DNA of 64,000 bases from Macrostomum lignano (Eukaryota). Of the stretch, positions 12,299-24,900 are shown piece by piece. The position numbers were made by a program, and so were the translations under genes. Under the pieces are notes generated by a model that saw only the letters and a list, made by a program, of their open reading frames with translations, ran no database searches and was not told the origin of the DNA. The number at the start of each line of letters is the position of its first letter. The stretch's first letter is position 1. The DNA lies in assembly GCA_002269645.1 (NCBI GenBank), contig NIVC01000126.1, positions 372,001-436,000 of the forward strand. Reading direction: 5' to 3'.

Positions 12299-13215
12299 CA
12301 GTGTGCGGCAGCTAAATCCGGAATTTATTAAACTATTTTAAAAAAGCTTGAAATCCATAGAAAAAAGCACTGTATTTTAATGTAAATTGGTAAGAGCATA
12401 TGTTAAATGATGATAGAGAGTTTTACTCAAAAAACCCGCCATCAGCAGCGACAACCTTCTCTAGGCGGGACCGGAAAGAGTGGCAGGCATCGGCAACGAC
12501 CTTCTTGTCAAGGTTTGCCATTGCCTCCACAATGGCCGCCTTGAGCAAGTCCTTGGTGTTGTAGGACTTGTGGTTCACCTGTCTGGTCAACTCGCCCCAG
12601 ACAAAGTAGTCGAGTGGATTGCAGTCAGGGGAGGAGGGAGGCCACAAGTCCGGCGACCAGTGGTGGGGCACATTGCTGTACAGCCAGGCTCTCCTTGGTG
12701 GCCTCAGTCAACAACTGCCTGCACTTGATGACGTAGCTGTTCAAGCCAAGGTCTTCATGACACATCCTCCTGATTGTCCTTTCAGACACCTCAAGGTCCC
12801 TGGCAATCTGCCGCATGGATGTGCCAGGATCGTCATCGACGACAGCCTTGACTTTAGCGACAAACTCGTCGTCCCTGAGTGTGTCAGACCGCCTGGCATG
12901 CTTTTTCCTTTCAGGAGTGAAGCTGTCCTTGTCCTCTGCCTGATCCCAGGCCTTCTTGAGGTCGTACACCATTGTTTTAGGGTATTTGAAAAACTCGATG
13001 ACAGTCTTGGCATCGTGGCCGGCACGGAAGGCCTCAATGACGGCAGCCCGACAGTCATATTCTCGGTTCATCTTGAAGAGAACTGCTGAGTATTCTATAT
13101 GGTTTAAAAGCTATATAAATACAGACGTCTGAAATGCTGCAGTTTTTTCTCTTTAACGTGTCGTCTTTGAGCTGGAATTGATTGAAACCTTTCCGGATTT
13201 AGCAGCCGCACACTG
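12299..13215 (-). mobile_element. Internally deleted Tc1/mariner element (maT/DD37D-like), non-autonomous
   Basis: 25-bp TIRs cagtgtgcggc(a/t)gctaaatccggaa with one mismatch and a TA duplication on both sides. The transposase N-terminal HTH (13071 down to ~12690) is joined out of frame to the C-terminal WPPSSPDCNPLDYFVW...RLEKVVAADGGFFE. Most of the catalytic core is missing. Confidence 0.93.
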
Positions 13216-14164
13216 TATCCTAGGCTAATTTAATTAATGCCTTTAAAAAATTCTTAGGGCAAGGGCCTTTGACTCTAGGCTAGACCTATGCAAACAAAAT
13301 ATATAAGTATTGACAATATATTATATAATATAATTGTTATAATACAATATATGCAGTATGCAGCTCTAATCTTTCATTAGGCCTTAAGACCTTATCTTAA
13401 TCTAGGACTAGGCCTCTTAGGCAGGCTTAGTATGTCTGTCAATATGGCCCTAAACAATATCTAATAACAGAGCCTTACCAGTCTACTTGGGCTAATCTGC
13501 AGGGGCCCTTAGCTTCCCACCCTCATTTAACAACAATGACTAATGTTATGACTGACTATACTATGCATATTAATTTTTTGAGACAAAAAATCTTTTGCAA
13601 GTTATATACATTTTATTATAGGCTAGGCTAGCAATCTTTTAGTTTCTTATTCTAAATTATTAGGCCTATTAGGGCCTATTTAAACCCTGGACCAATCCAA
13701 TGGGCCACCTACAACATGTTAGCCAACCATCAGACAATCAATTATTCGCTGCATTTCTGGGACCCCAACAACCCAGCAGCTTATGCTACTACCCTATGTA
13801 GAACTCTATGAAGTTTTGCAAGAACTTTGTAAGCTTTTCAGACTTTAAAAAGTGAAAAAAGGTTTAAATGATTTTGAGTGGGAAACTGAAGGATTGCCTA
13901 TTGCATTGGCATTGTGGAATGGGGCCTAGGTCTTGGAATGTTTTAATAATAGGCCTAATAGTAATACTAGAACTAGGCCTAATAATAGCAAATAGGCAGC
14001 TAGGTAGGTAAGCTAGTCTAGGCCTAAGCCTACTTATTTACATTGGCTTAGAAAAAATATACCTAAGCGGGGCTAAGCCACATGTTAAGTACATTGTCAT
14101 ATGGCTTCCTATGAAGGAGAAGGACTAGACCTATAGGCCTACCCTAGGGCTAGGCCCTTACCAT

Positions 14165-14565
14165 TAGAGGTCGGATGGGATTGAAATCTTCGGGCGGGAT
14201 CGGGATCGGGAATAATTTTTTTCTTGGGATTGGGATCGGGATCGGGAATCGGGATCAGGTCTTTTAGTGTATTATAGCTTGTAGGTCCATATAAAATTAA
14301 ACAAAATTGAGCTAAAATGTCAAGATCAAAAAGTAGAATATAACAAAATTGATACAAAGTTTTGTAACCAACAAATTAATAATGTAATGAGTACAAGGTA
14401 AAACAAAATACATTCAAGTAATCACTAATTCTATAAATTTTTAATCAAAAGACCTGTTCCCGTTTCTCGTGTTTTTTAGGGTCGGGATTCTAGTCCCGCG
14501 GGAATCCAATTTTCCTTGGTATCCCGAGATTTTGGGATCGGGATCGGGATCCCGTCCAACCTCTA
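14165..14565. mobile_element. hAT-like MITE (401 bp)
   Basis: TIRs TAGAGGTCGGATGGGAT and ATCCCGTCCAACCTCTA (2 mismatches). 8-bp TSD cttaccat / cctaccat (1 mismatch). Subterminal GGGATC repeats at both ends. Confidence 0.8.
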
Positions 14566-14899
14566 CCTACCATAGGCATAGGCCCTAGCCTATCCTAGGC
14601 CTATCTAGTCTAATATCAGGCCTAGGCCTAATTAGGCCTAAACTTGAACTATGTACCTTATCCACTAAATAGCACTAAAACAAAACCAAGGTTAGTAAGT
14701 TAAAGGCTTAAATATTCTTTAGGAAGGACCAACTTGACTTTTAATTCAATGCTTATCTATTATGGATTTTACGCTTTTGCAGAACACTGCATAAGCCCAC
14801 GACATTGGCATTTTATCTAGCTTAGAATAGGCCAAGGTAGGTAGGTAGGCGTGTAGGCCCCTTGGCCTTATACAAGTTTATACAATACCGAATGTTCAT

Positions 14900-15100
14900 G
14901 ATATAGCGAATGATAAGGCAATAGGGCCTATACGAATTCTAATCAGTTGCATTTCGCTGCACTGAACACAAAGCACGAACCCCGAAGCGTCCTCTACATG
15001 TAGGTCACACCATAAATCGGCCACTCCTTATAAGGCTTGACCAATGAAAAATTTTGGAATCGGACTGTAAGCTACAAATGAACATTGCGTAAAAATACAT
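14900..15100. promoter_or_regulatory. Candidate promoter region between the divergent Suv4-20 and TBC1D9-like genes
   Basis: A locally less AT-rich island with CCAAT (ttgaccaatg, ~15040) between head-to-head genes. Position is inferred only. Confidence 0.25.
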
Positions 15101-15953
15101 CAGTATTAATAATGGCATGAAAATGAGCCTACAAGAAAGCCCTTAATAAATATAGGAAAACAAAAAATAATAGCTTTCTATTTCTTAACTTTGTTATAAC
15201 TAGAATAACCGTTCTTCAATTGGCGGGCCGGGCTTGTAAATCTCCCCTAGCCTTAATTATAACTCACATGAAATTTTTAAGATTTGAAACTTTTCAGGGA
15301 GACTAAATGGCCTTACTATATAGTCATACAGTTGAATAAAAAAGATAAAATTCGTGGTTGCGAAAATGATGAGCAGGCTAAGGGCCATTGTGCATCTGGC
15401 GTACTGTTATTACCATGTTGACGCAAATCATTCTAAAACACCAAATTATTTAAATTTACCAATAACAAACTTAAACTCTTTATCTTTATGGAAAACAGGC
15501 TAGAGTCGTAGGACTGTTCAAGTACTTCACAAGGCCTGGCTTAGTCTATTCAAGGAGTCTATTGAGTCTATTGCTTCAGAATCTACTTAAATCTAATTAC
15601 CGGCTCCAAACTTACAGTATAACAAAGTGTTGGCAACTTTGTCTGACTAGTGATTATCGTATTAAATATATTTTTATAATTAATAATTTGGTCTGCAAAA
15701 TTTTTCGACTTAATAGTAATAGGTGCAGTAAAAACGTATCTTATTTACTGTGTCTTGGTATCTTTAAATAGCTTTCTTTTCAGAGAAAAAGCGCCATGAA
15801 AATGTATAATATACATATTTATAATTTTTTCGCTGCTAGTTGCAGCTCTGAGCAATAACTTTTTGTGGCATTAATCTTACCTGGTGGCAATTTTGGTTAC
15901 TGATTTCGTTTTCAACAAAAATTCAAATAGAATCTGTATGGTTTTTAGTTACT

Positions 15954-18900
15954 ATGGTTTGGACGCCTTTGCAGGAAGTTCTCGTTAAGGGACCTTTATG
16001 GTAAATGACGAGTGTGTAAAACACACTATTAAGGAAAATAGGAGTGAAAAATTTTAATGAGAAATATATTTGGATTACTTTTTGACTACTTTTTTTACTT
16101 TTTTATAGTCATTCGTTAGGAAAGTATGTCTATATAATTTTCATCTAGGTTGCTTTGTTTGTGTACTATTGTGGAAGACATTTATTCTACAGTAGTATGA
16201 AATTTCATCTAGTCAGAAATTATAAATATAATCTGAGATGAATCATGTTATATAACGTTATATAAGACCTAAAAGTTTAGATATTAACAAGATACAATTT
16301 TACTAATAGCACTAATAAGCCAGGTTACAAGCACCTTGCAGGCTGCAGCTAGTCATAGAAGTCAAGGTCTAAGCCTAAGGGTTTATGTGATGTGGACCTT
16401 GAGAGTAATGTAGTTGTCTAGATTTAAATATAGTTTAGTCAATTTTACTTTATCAATTGCTTTCATCTATATTTTAGCACTTATACTAGACTAGACCATA
16501 TCTAATTTTTTCTTCAAAAAGATTCTTTAAGTTAATATAAACTTTATTTACAATTAAAAGAAATATATATTATAATATTTGAATAGAAAGCTTGTACTTG
16601 TACTTGTAAAAATTAAATTATTTCAATTGTCATAATCTAGAATATAATTTAATACAAGTTAAATTATTATTAGAACCTCCTAAATTTGTGGGTGATTCCT
16701 TTAAAGCAAATGGGAAATAATGAAAAATTAGACAAGTTGTCCCAAATGTTTGACAAAACAAAGTTTTTACAGGATCACTAGCTATAATAAATGTTCCAAA
16801 ATGTTTTTGAAGAAAAGAATAGCTTTCAATGGTTTAGTATAGAATCTATGAATTAAATTGCCAAATGAGAGGTTTTATATGGTTTAAAGATATATTTTAC
16901 TATTTATATATAGTAATAAGTTTGATACTTCAGGATTAGATAAACATTTATTTTTATTAGTTATATTTAGGATAAAAATCTTATTTTAAGCTTAATTTTT
17001 TCATTTTATTTAATCAAAATGACTTTTAAACTTATGATCTTCAGTAGCACTAAAGTATAATTAATATAATGTAGACACTTATGCTATAAATGAACTATAT
17101 GTGACACCCATGCTAACAACTTAAGTGTTTGTGTACACTTAGAAAATCTATGTGTATCATAGCATCTATGAATAGGCTTTAGTAAAATATGCTTAGAATT
17201 ATATTTATTATCTATTATATAACTGCTTATACTCAGAAAATTTAAGGAAGAATGATTCTAAACTCCTAATCTCTACAACTGTAACAGGGTCACTGAGGTA
17301 ATTAATGGACAATTCAGCTTACAGCATAGAAAAGGCAGAGGCAGTGGTATATCTGGCCTTATTTTTGGCACTATTGAATCAGTTTGGGAGTCAAAGGTGA
17401 GAATTTCTCTATATATACATAAAAGCAAAGTAGTAAAATTGCCAATGTAATAGTCATATTATTTAAAGTTGTTATTTTATTTTTTCAGTCTTGCCTTTAC
17501 CGCATCTTGTACACTCCACCTGATAGTGAAGTCAGCTACTGTGAGTTGAACAAATTTTTATTTGTGCTTTTATAACTTGATCATAGAAAAATTATCAACC
17601 ATGCCATATTCTAATTCATTATTATAGTAATCTAGGTTTATTTTTGGAATTCTTGGAATTTCAAGACCTAATAAATTGTCTTAGTAATTGACAGAGTAAT
17701 TTGTAAACACATAGAGTCTACAGACTTGGTGCAACTTCTGTTGGTCAAGAGACTCAGCAGTGTAAAGGATAGGGGGTAGAGATGCTACTCTATTTTTTAT
17801 TTAGATATTTCTGATGCCAGTAGTTTTCAATTTGGCATTCTTAATTTGAACCCAGGATCCTAATAAGTACTATTTGTAGTAGAGCATCAGCAAAATGAGA
17901 GCAGAACATGTTAGGTGGCAAATGGGGTCCAATGCCCCCCCCCCGAGTGAATTTTTTACGCAATATCTGAATTTATAAACCTAATCTTAGAACGAACCTG
18001 ATTTTAAACCTTCACGCCTGGCACTCAGCCATAGCCGAGTCTAACAATAAAGACGAAACGGACAAGCACTGGAATTGGCTGGCCAACAACCTGGCCCCCA
18101 GCCTGGTTAGTCTCGACAATCCGGACGATATGCTCAGTTTAGTTAATGGAAAAATTGCCAGCCTACTGGCCGAGTCCTGCGAACCGCCTTCCACTACTGC
18201 AGATAATAGCAAAGGTGAGAATCGATTAATAATTCTACGCTCGTAATATTGATTTCGATACATATCGGATGGATCGGCTTGACTGCCACTAAATAAATGT
18301 ACCCTAATATACTGAACCCTAATTCCCATACCCTAACCCTATAATAGCCCGAAACTAAAACTTTGCCCTAAACTAAATAAACCTACCTAGAACTTAATAA
18401 TAACCTAAACCTAGCCACCTAAACTTGGCCGTAGCGTAACCATACCCGTGGAAATTTTTTCCGTGACAAAAGCCGCTAAAGAGTCGTTGCAAGCAGTCTC
18501 TAGTGACTCTAGCGACTTTTATTACTTTTTAACGACTCAAACGCGTCTAATGAGTCACGTGAGTTGACTCGTAGAATCGAAAAGAGTCACGAAAGAGTCG
18601 TCAAAGAATCGTTGTGATGACGCTTAACTTTCTACTAACTCAGTAGTCTGGTTAGTGTACTTTAAACTCAACTTGGTGAATCTAGAGCGACTCCAGCACG
18701 CCTCAAATGCTACTCTACGGCCCAAGAGCTGTTTGTTATACCGTCGCCCCAGAGTCGTTTCAGGGTCGCAGGCAACGCTTCAAAGTAATGCTTGGACGAC
18801 TCTTTGGCGACTTTTATAGCGACATCTCGTCGCTTTAAAGTCGTCTAGAGTCATTTTTTTCCCAATTTTGCATTTCCATTTTCATTTGAAAATGACTCTG

Positions 18901-21900
18901 ATACGACTATCGGAGTGACGCAATTGACGCATTGCAGAGCAGGAGAAGAAATCGTTTCAAACAGCGTCGCACAAGTTTATTACCCTGTTCGACATGCACT
19001 CGGAGGAGAAGCTGGTCAACTGTAAGTCAATATCGTTTAAAAAATTATAATAACTTTTTGCTAGATTTTCTACTGACAGTAGCTCAAACAAATATTTGTC
19101 AATTTTTCGCTATCGTTTTTAAATCCGCAGATTACTCGTGTTCTTTGTGGAAGAACAAAGTGCCTAGACAGGGTTGGATGTACCTGAGCGTTAATTATAT
19201 GTGCTTCTATTCTTATCTAGTTGGTACCGAAGTGTCCATTGTGCTGGCTTGGGTTGATATCAAGGTGAGAATGCTTCAAGTCATTTATAATTTAATCATA
19301 TTTCTTTTTCCATCTTGTGAAAAAACCATGTCAGCAGAGTCGCTATGGGTCAGCTCAGCGCTGACCGCATCCGACTCTCGCGCCGCGACCCCTGGTTCGA
19401 TTCCGTGGCGGCCACACTCATTTGGGGCGCTTGCGGGCACTAAAATCGTCGTGAAATTCACACCTGCAAGGGTCAACCCCCAGAGGCACAGAGAATGTAC
19501 ATGCACCCTGTGTGAGCGTGTGTATGAGTGCGTGCCTGCGTACAGTATTGGCGCGCTTGTCTGTGCTCAGGAGTGAGCGGAATGAGCACTATTGTTGTCA
19601 ATGGTTGTTGGGACGATTCTCCACTCTGTGTGGAGTGCCTTTTTATATTTTGTGAGCAACGTTCTAGACTCTTCATCTCCGAGCACTGTAGCTCAGAGTT
19701 GTGTCTATGGCTGAGACAAGAATAATAATAGTACTTCTTATATTAAGTACAACATTTAAAAGTGCACACGCAACAGTATTGGTGTCAAAAGTTCCAATAT
19801 TGGTGTCCAAAGGTGAGTCAGAAAAGCCTAAATTGGTGTCAGAAAGCCAAAGTTGGTGTCAGAAAGGCCAAGAGGTGTCAGAAAGGCCAAGATTGATGTC
19901 AGAAAGGCCAGACTGGTGTCAGAAAGGCCAAGATTGGTGTCAGAAAGGCCAAGACTGGTGTCAGAAAGGCCAAGATTGGTGTCAGAAAGGCCAAGATTGA
20001 TGTCAGAAAGGCCAAGATTGGTGTCAGAAAGGCCAAGATTGATGTCAGAAAGTCCAAGATTGGTGTCAGAAAGGCCAAGATTGATGTCAGAAAGGCCAAG
20101 ATTGGTGTCAGAAAGGCCAAGATTGATGTCAGAAAGTCCAAGATTGGTGTCAGAAAGGCCAAGACTGGTGTCAGAAAGGCCAAGATTGATGTCAGAAAGG
20201 CCAAGACTGGTGTCAGAAAGGCCAAGATTGGTGTCAGAAAGGCCAAGATTGATGTCTGAAAGGCCAAGATTGGTGTCAGAAAGGCCAAGATTGATGTCAG
20301 AAAGGCCAAGATTGATGTCAGAAAGGCCAAGATTGGTGTCAGAAAGGCCAAGATTGGTGTCAGAAAGGCCAAGATTGATGTCAGAAATGCCAAGATTGGT
20401 GTCAGAAAGGCCAAGATTGATGTCAGAAAGGCCAAGATTGATGTCAGAAAGGCCAATATTGATGTCAGAAAGGCCAAGACTGGTGTCAGAAAGGCCAAGA
20501 CTGGTGTCAGAAAGGCCAAGATTGGTGTCAGAAAGGCCAAGACTGGTGTCAGAAAGGCCAAGAATGGTGTCATAAAGGCCAATATTGATGTCAGAAAGGC
20601 CAATATTGATGTCAGAAAGGCCAAGATTGATGTCAGAAAGGCCAAAATTGGTGTCAGAACAGCCAATATCATGGCTTTCCAAACATAACTACAGCCTACA
20701 TGTAGATAATAAAGTTAATAACAAAGCGGATCAACTTCACTGCCGCACAGACAGATTCAATGTTATGCAAAACTCAAAGCCCCCCCCCCGCCCGATCCTT
20801 GTGCCCGTTATTCGTGATTTAGTCCCTCTCCGATATGTATTGCGGCACACATTGACTTGGTTAAATCTTGCTTAGTCTGGTTCTGTTGTCAGTGTCTCTC
20901 CGTGTGTGTGCGTCTTCTCTTCCGCTTAAACCCTTCACTACCCAGCGATTGTTGAATTTGTAAAGAGAGAGAAAGAGAGGAGTCATTATTGCAGTATTGA
21001 CTTTTTTGGTAACTTTTTTCTCTGCTTTGTGTACCCCAGGCGGAAAGACAGAAAAGCTGTCCAGGGCTCGCTCTGTCCTTTCTTATATACGTAGTAAACT
21101 TATTAACTGACTTTATATAACAGAATATATATATATATATAACAGGTTAGCGTTTTAATGTAGTGCCTAGATCCATAATTATATTGAGTCTTTTTAAAAT
21201 CTGTACTCCCCCCCCCCGCAGTTGATTGAACGCGGCGCTAATCTGTTATTACCTGAAAGTATTCGCGTTGCCACCCGTGAAGAAGAGGTAAGAAGCCACT
21301 GGATTATTATAAACTGAGTTGGAATCTCGGCTTGGCTCTGCTCGTGCAATTAACGCCATTGAAGGCCAACCCCCAAGGCACAGTGAAGTGTACATGCCTA
21401 ACGATAGATAAAGTTAGGGCCGCTGTACACTCCTGTGTGAGTGTGTGCCTGTGCGTGTGACTGCGTACGTATCTGCGCTCTTGTGTGCCTGCTCAGGGGA
21501 GTCGGCGGGATGGGCAGTGATGCCTGTCGCTGGTTGTGTGACAATGTCGCTTAAAGTGCGCCAATCAAACATTGTTGAATTGTTTTTGCAGTACAACTTC
21601 TCAATGTTTATGAAAATTGACGAGACCTACAGAATGATGCAGCAATTGGCTAATTTAGCCGTCAGGAGGCTGCTGTCTGAGGACGGCTACGACACTAGTA
21701 AGAGCTTTTTACCGGCCTTGGGTACAGCGTCTAGCGTTGCTAAGGCCTCCAGTAGCGCCAAGCAAGTAAGTGCAGTTTATTTTAAATTCAATTAAATCTA
21801 TTTCATAGTCCCTGTAATTGAAGCTTAAAGAATTCGCTCTGCACCGATTAGACTGGGGTACAGATTAGCTTAGTGGTAAGCGCGTCGGACTCTCGCGTAA

Positions 21901-24900
21901 AAATCCAGGGTTCGATTCCGTGAGTTGCCACATGAATTTGATACGAAAATTGGCACATGCCACAGACACAGCAGAATCCGCATGCCACAGACACAGCAGA
22001 ATCCACATGCCACAGACACAGCAGAATCCGCATGCCACAGACACTGCAGAATCTACATGCCACAGACACTGCAGAATCCACATGTCACAGACAATGCAGA
22101 ATCCACATGTCACAGACAATGCAGAATCCACATGTCACAGACAATGCAGAATCCACATGTCACAGACAATGCAGAATCCACATGTCACAGACAATGCAGA
22201 ATCCACATGTCACAGACAATGCAGAATCCGCATGCCACAGACACTGCAGAATCCACATGTCACAGACAATGCAGAACCCACATGTCACAGACAATGCAGA
22301 ATCCGCATGCCACAGACACTGCAGAATCCACATGCCACAGACAATGCAGAACCCACATGTCACAGACAATGCAGAACCCACATGTCACAGACAATGCAGA
22401 ATCCGCATGCCACAGACACTGCAGAATCCACATGTCACAGACAATGCAGAATCCGCATGCCACAGACAATGAAGATTTTGTGGCGTCACTCAGTCCGCAG
22501 CCCCATAAAGCATAAGCATCCCACATGCGGCAGTGTTGCGTTATGGCGCACTTGACACAACTATTTTTTTTAACAGCGCCGTTCCGGCAACACCGAATCT
22601 TCGATGTCCCGCCGTCGCCAATCCTTTGGCGGCAGCGGCGGCGGCGGCGGCGGCTCGTTAGCAACAACGCCGCAGTTGAAACGCGATCTAGAAGCTCGAA
22701 GACGGAGCGAACGCTACCGCATCCAGTTCAGTTTGCCAGTCGACGAACCTCTTGACGGTCATCTGGACTGCTCTCTCTACACTCCCTACGATCGTAAGAT
22801 TGTAGCCGGCCGGTTGCACTTGTCGCCAAATTTTCTTTGCTTCGCAAGCGAATTGCCCGGACTTGTGCAGCTGGTGGTGCCGCTCAGAGACGTGGCCTGC
22901 GCCGAGAAGAAAGACGAACCGGTTGGAGGGCAGGGTCGGCCGGGACAGAGTCTGTTTCTGCATTTGAGACCGTCCTGCGGTGGGTCTCAACCGGTAAGGA
23001 TATCCATAGTTTTCTAACCAGATTCTTCCTCACAATTCCATGAGATTTTTCGTCTAAAAACCCACAGATTCGTCTCCATCAAGCCCTGAGATTCGTCTCC
23101 ATCAAACCCTGAAATTCGTCTCAATTGAGCCTTGAGATTCATCTCCATCAAGCCCTGAGATTCGTCTCCATCAAACCCTGAGATTCATCTCCATTGAGCC
23201 TTGAGATTCGTCTCCATCAAACCCTGAAATTCGTCTCCATCAAAACCTGAAATTCGTCTCCATCAAAGCCTGAGATTCGTCTCCATCAAGCCCTGAGATT
23301 CGTCTCCATCAAACCCTGAGATTCATCTCCATTGAGCCCTGAGATTCGTCTCCATCAAACCCTGAAATTCGTCTCAATTGAGCCTTGAGATTCGTCTCCA
23401 TCAAACCCTGAGATTCATCTCCATTGAGCCTTGAGATTCGTCTCCATCAAGCCCTGAGATTCGTCTCCATCAAAGCTTGAGATTCGTCTCCATCAAGCCC
23501 TGAGATTCGTCTCCATCAAGCCCTGAGATTCGTCTCCATCAAGCCCTGAGATTCGTCTCCATCAAGCCCTGAGATTCGTCTCCATCAAAGTCAGGGGAGA
23601 CGAATTTGAAACTTTAAATCCAAGTTTCAATCCAAAGCGATGGCTAAATCCCACACAGGTGCTGTTCACGGACCTGCTGGATCGCGAGGTGCTGCTGGAG
23701 AAGCTCACCGCTTATCTGCGCCGACAGAAAATTGCCGAACAACCTGGCGAAGTTCAAAGCCCAGTTGGGCAGCAGCAGCAGCAGCATCAGCTGCTGTGTC
23801 CGGATCTGCACAGGCAGCCCGCTCTGGTGCACATCTTCACCCAGAGTCATCCGCATCTGTTCTCGGACGAGGCAGCTGGAAAGGAGGTTTGGTTTTGTCC
23901 GTGAATATTAAAGATCGGTTTTCAAAAAATGGGAGATCATATCATCGATTTTTTTATCATTTCGGAATATCAGAAGGATTGATGATCGTCTGGGATTATT
24001 GGGGAATCTTTTGTGAAGATTGGGAAAGTTTAAAAAAATCTTTGGGGAAAATAGGGAATATTTATAGAAGATTGATCATTACCATCTTTTGGGAATATTA
24101 GAGATTTTTTGGAAAGAGTGAGTTTTTATTTTCTTGAAGATTGATCGGATCTTTGGGGAAGATTCAGGATCTCTTGGGAAGATTCGGGATCTCTTGGGAA
24201 GGTCTCTTGGAAAGATTCGGGGTCTCTTGGGAAGATTCGGGGCCTCTTAGGAAGATTCGGGATCTCTTGGGAAGATTCGAGGCCTCTTAGGAAGATTCGG
24301 GATCTCTTGGGAAGATTCGGGATCTCTTGGGAAGATTCGGGATCTCTTGGGAAGATTCGGGATCTCTTGGGAAGATTCGGGATCTCTTGGGAAGATTCGA
24401 GGCCTCTTAGGAAGATTCGGGATCTCTTGGGAAGATTCGGGATCTCTTGGGAGATTCGGGGCCTTTTGGGAACATTCGGGGCCTCTTGGGAAGATTGGGG
24501 ATCTTTTGGAAAGATTGGAGATATTTTGGGAAGATTCGGGATCTTTTTGGGAAGATTGGGTATAATCTCATATTTTGAGAAGATTGGAGATCTTTTGGGA
24601 AGATTGGGGATCATCAGGGAAAATTAGGGACCACTTAAGAGAATAAAGGATCATTTAGGAGAGTCGGGGTCCAATTCATTTGAATTTCCAAACACCCTCC
24701 CCAGGTACTCTGGGACGCCTACTTCAAAGAGTACGGCTCCGGGGTTTGCATGTACCGCACGCCAGAACTGCGCCGTCTGGTGTACGAAGGCCTGCCTGAA
24801 CGACTGCGCGGCCAGCTGTGGATGACCCTGAGCGGCGCGGCCAACGAGCTGGCTGCTGGCCCGGGTTACTATGGCCAACTAGTCGAAGCCACCGTCGGTC

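Noticed and set aside
12480-13089. Plus-strand ORFs overlapping the transposon
   Set aside because: They are antisense shadows of the minus-strand transposase fragments.
18012-18329. Minus-strand 105-aa ORF considered as the missing Suv4-20 first exon
   Set aside because: The plus strand here is TBC1D9-like exon 4 ([10 protein letters not shown]...VNGKIASLL), with correct splice phases, so the minus ORF is its shadow.
19828-20682. Pentapeptide- or antifreeze-like ORFs (LGLSDTN, VSERPRL)
   Set aside because: They are a 21-bp intronic minisatellite read in multiple frames.
21866-21935. Functional tRNA gene
   Set aside because: A and B boxes are present, but there is no closed acceptor stem or canonical anticodon arm, and it matches the SINE heads elsewhere in the window.
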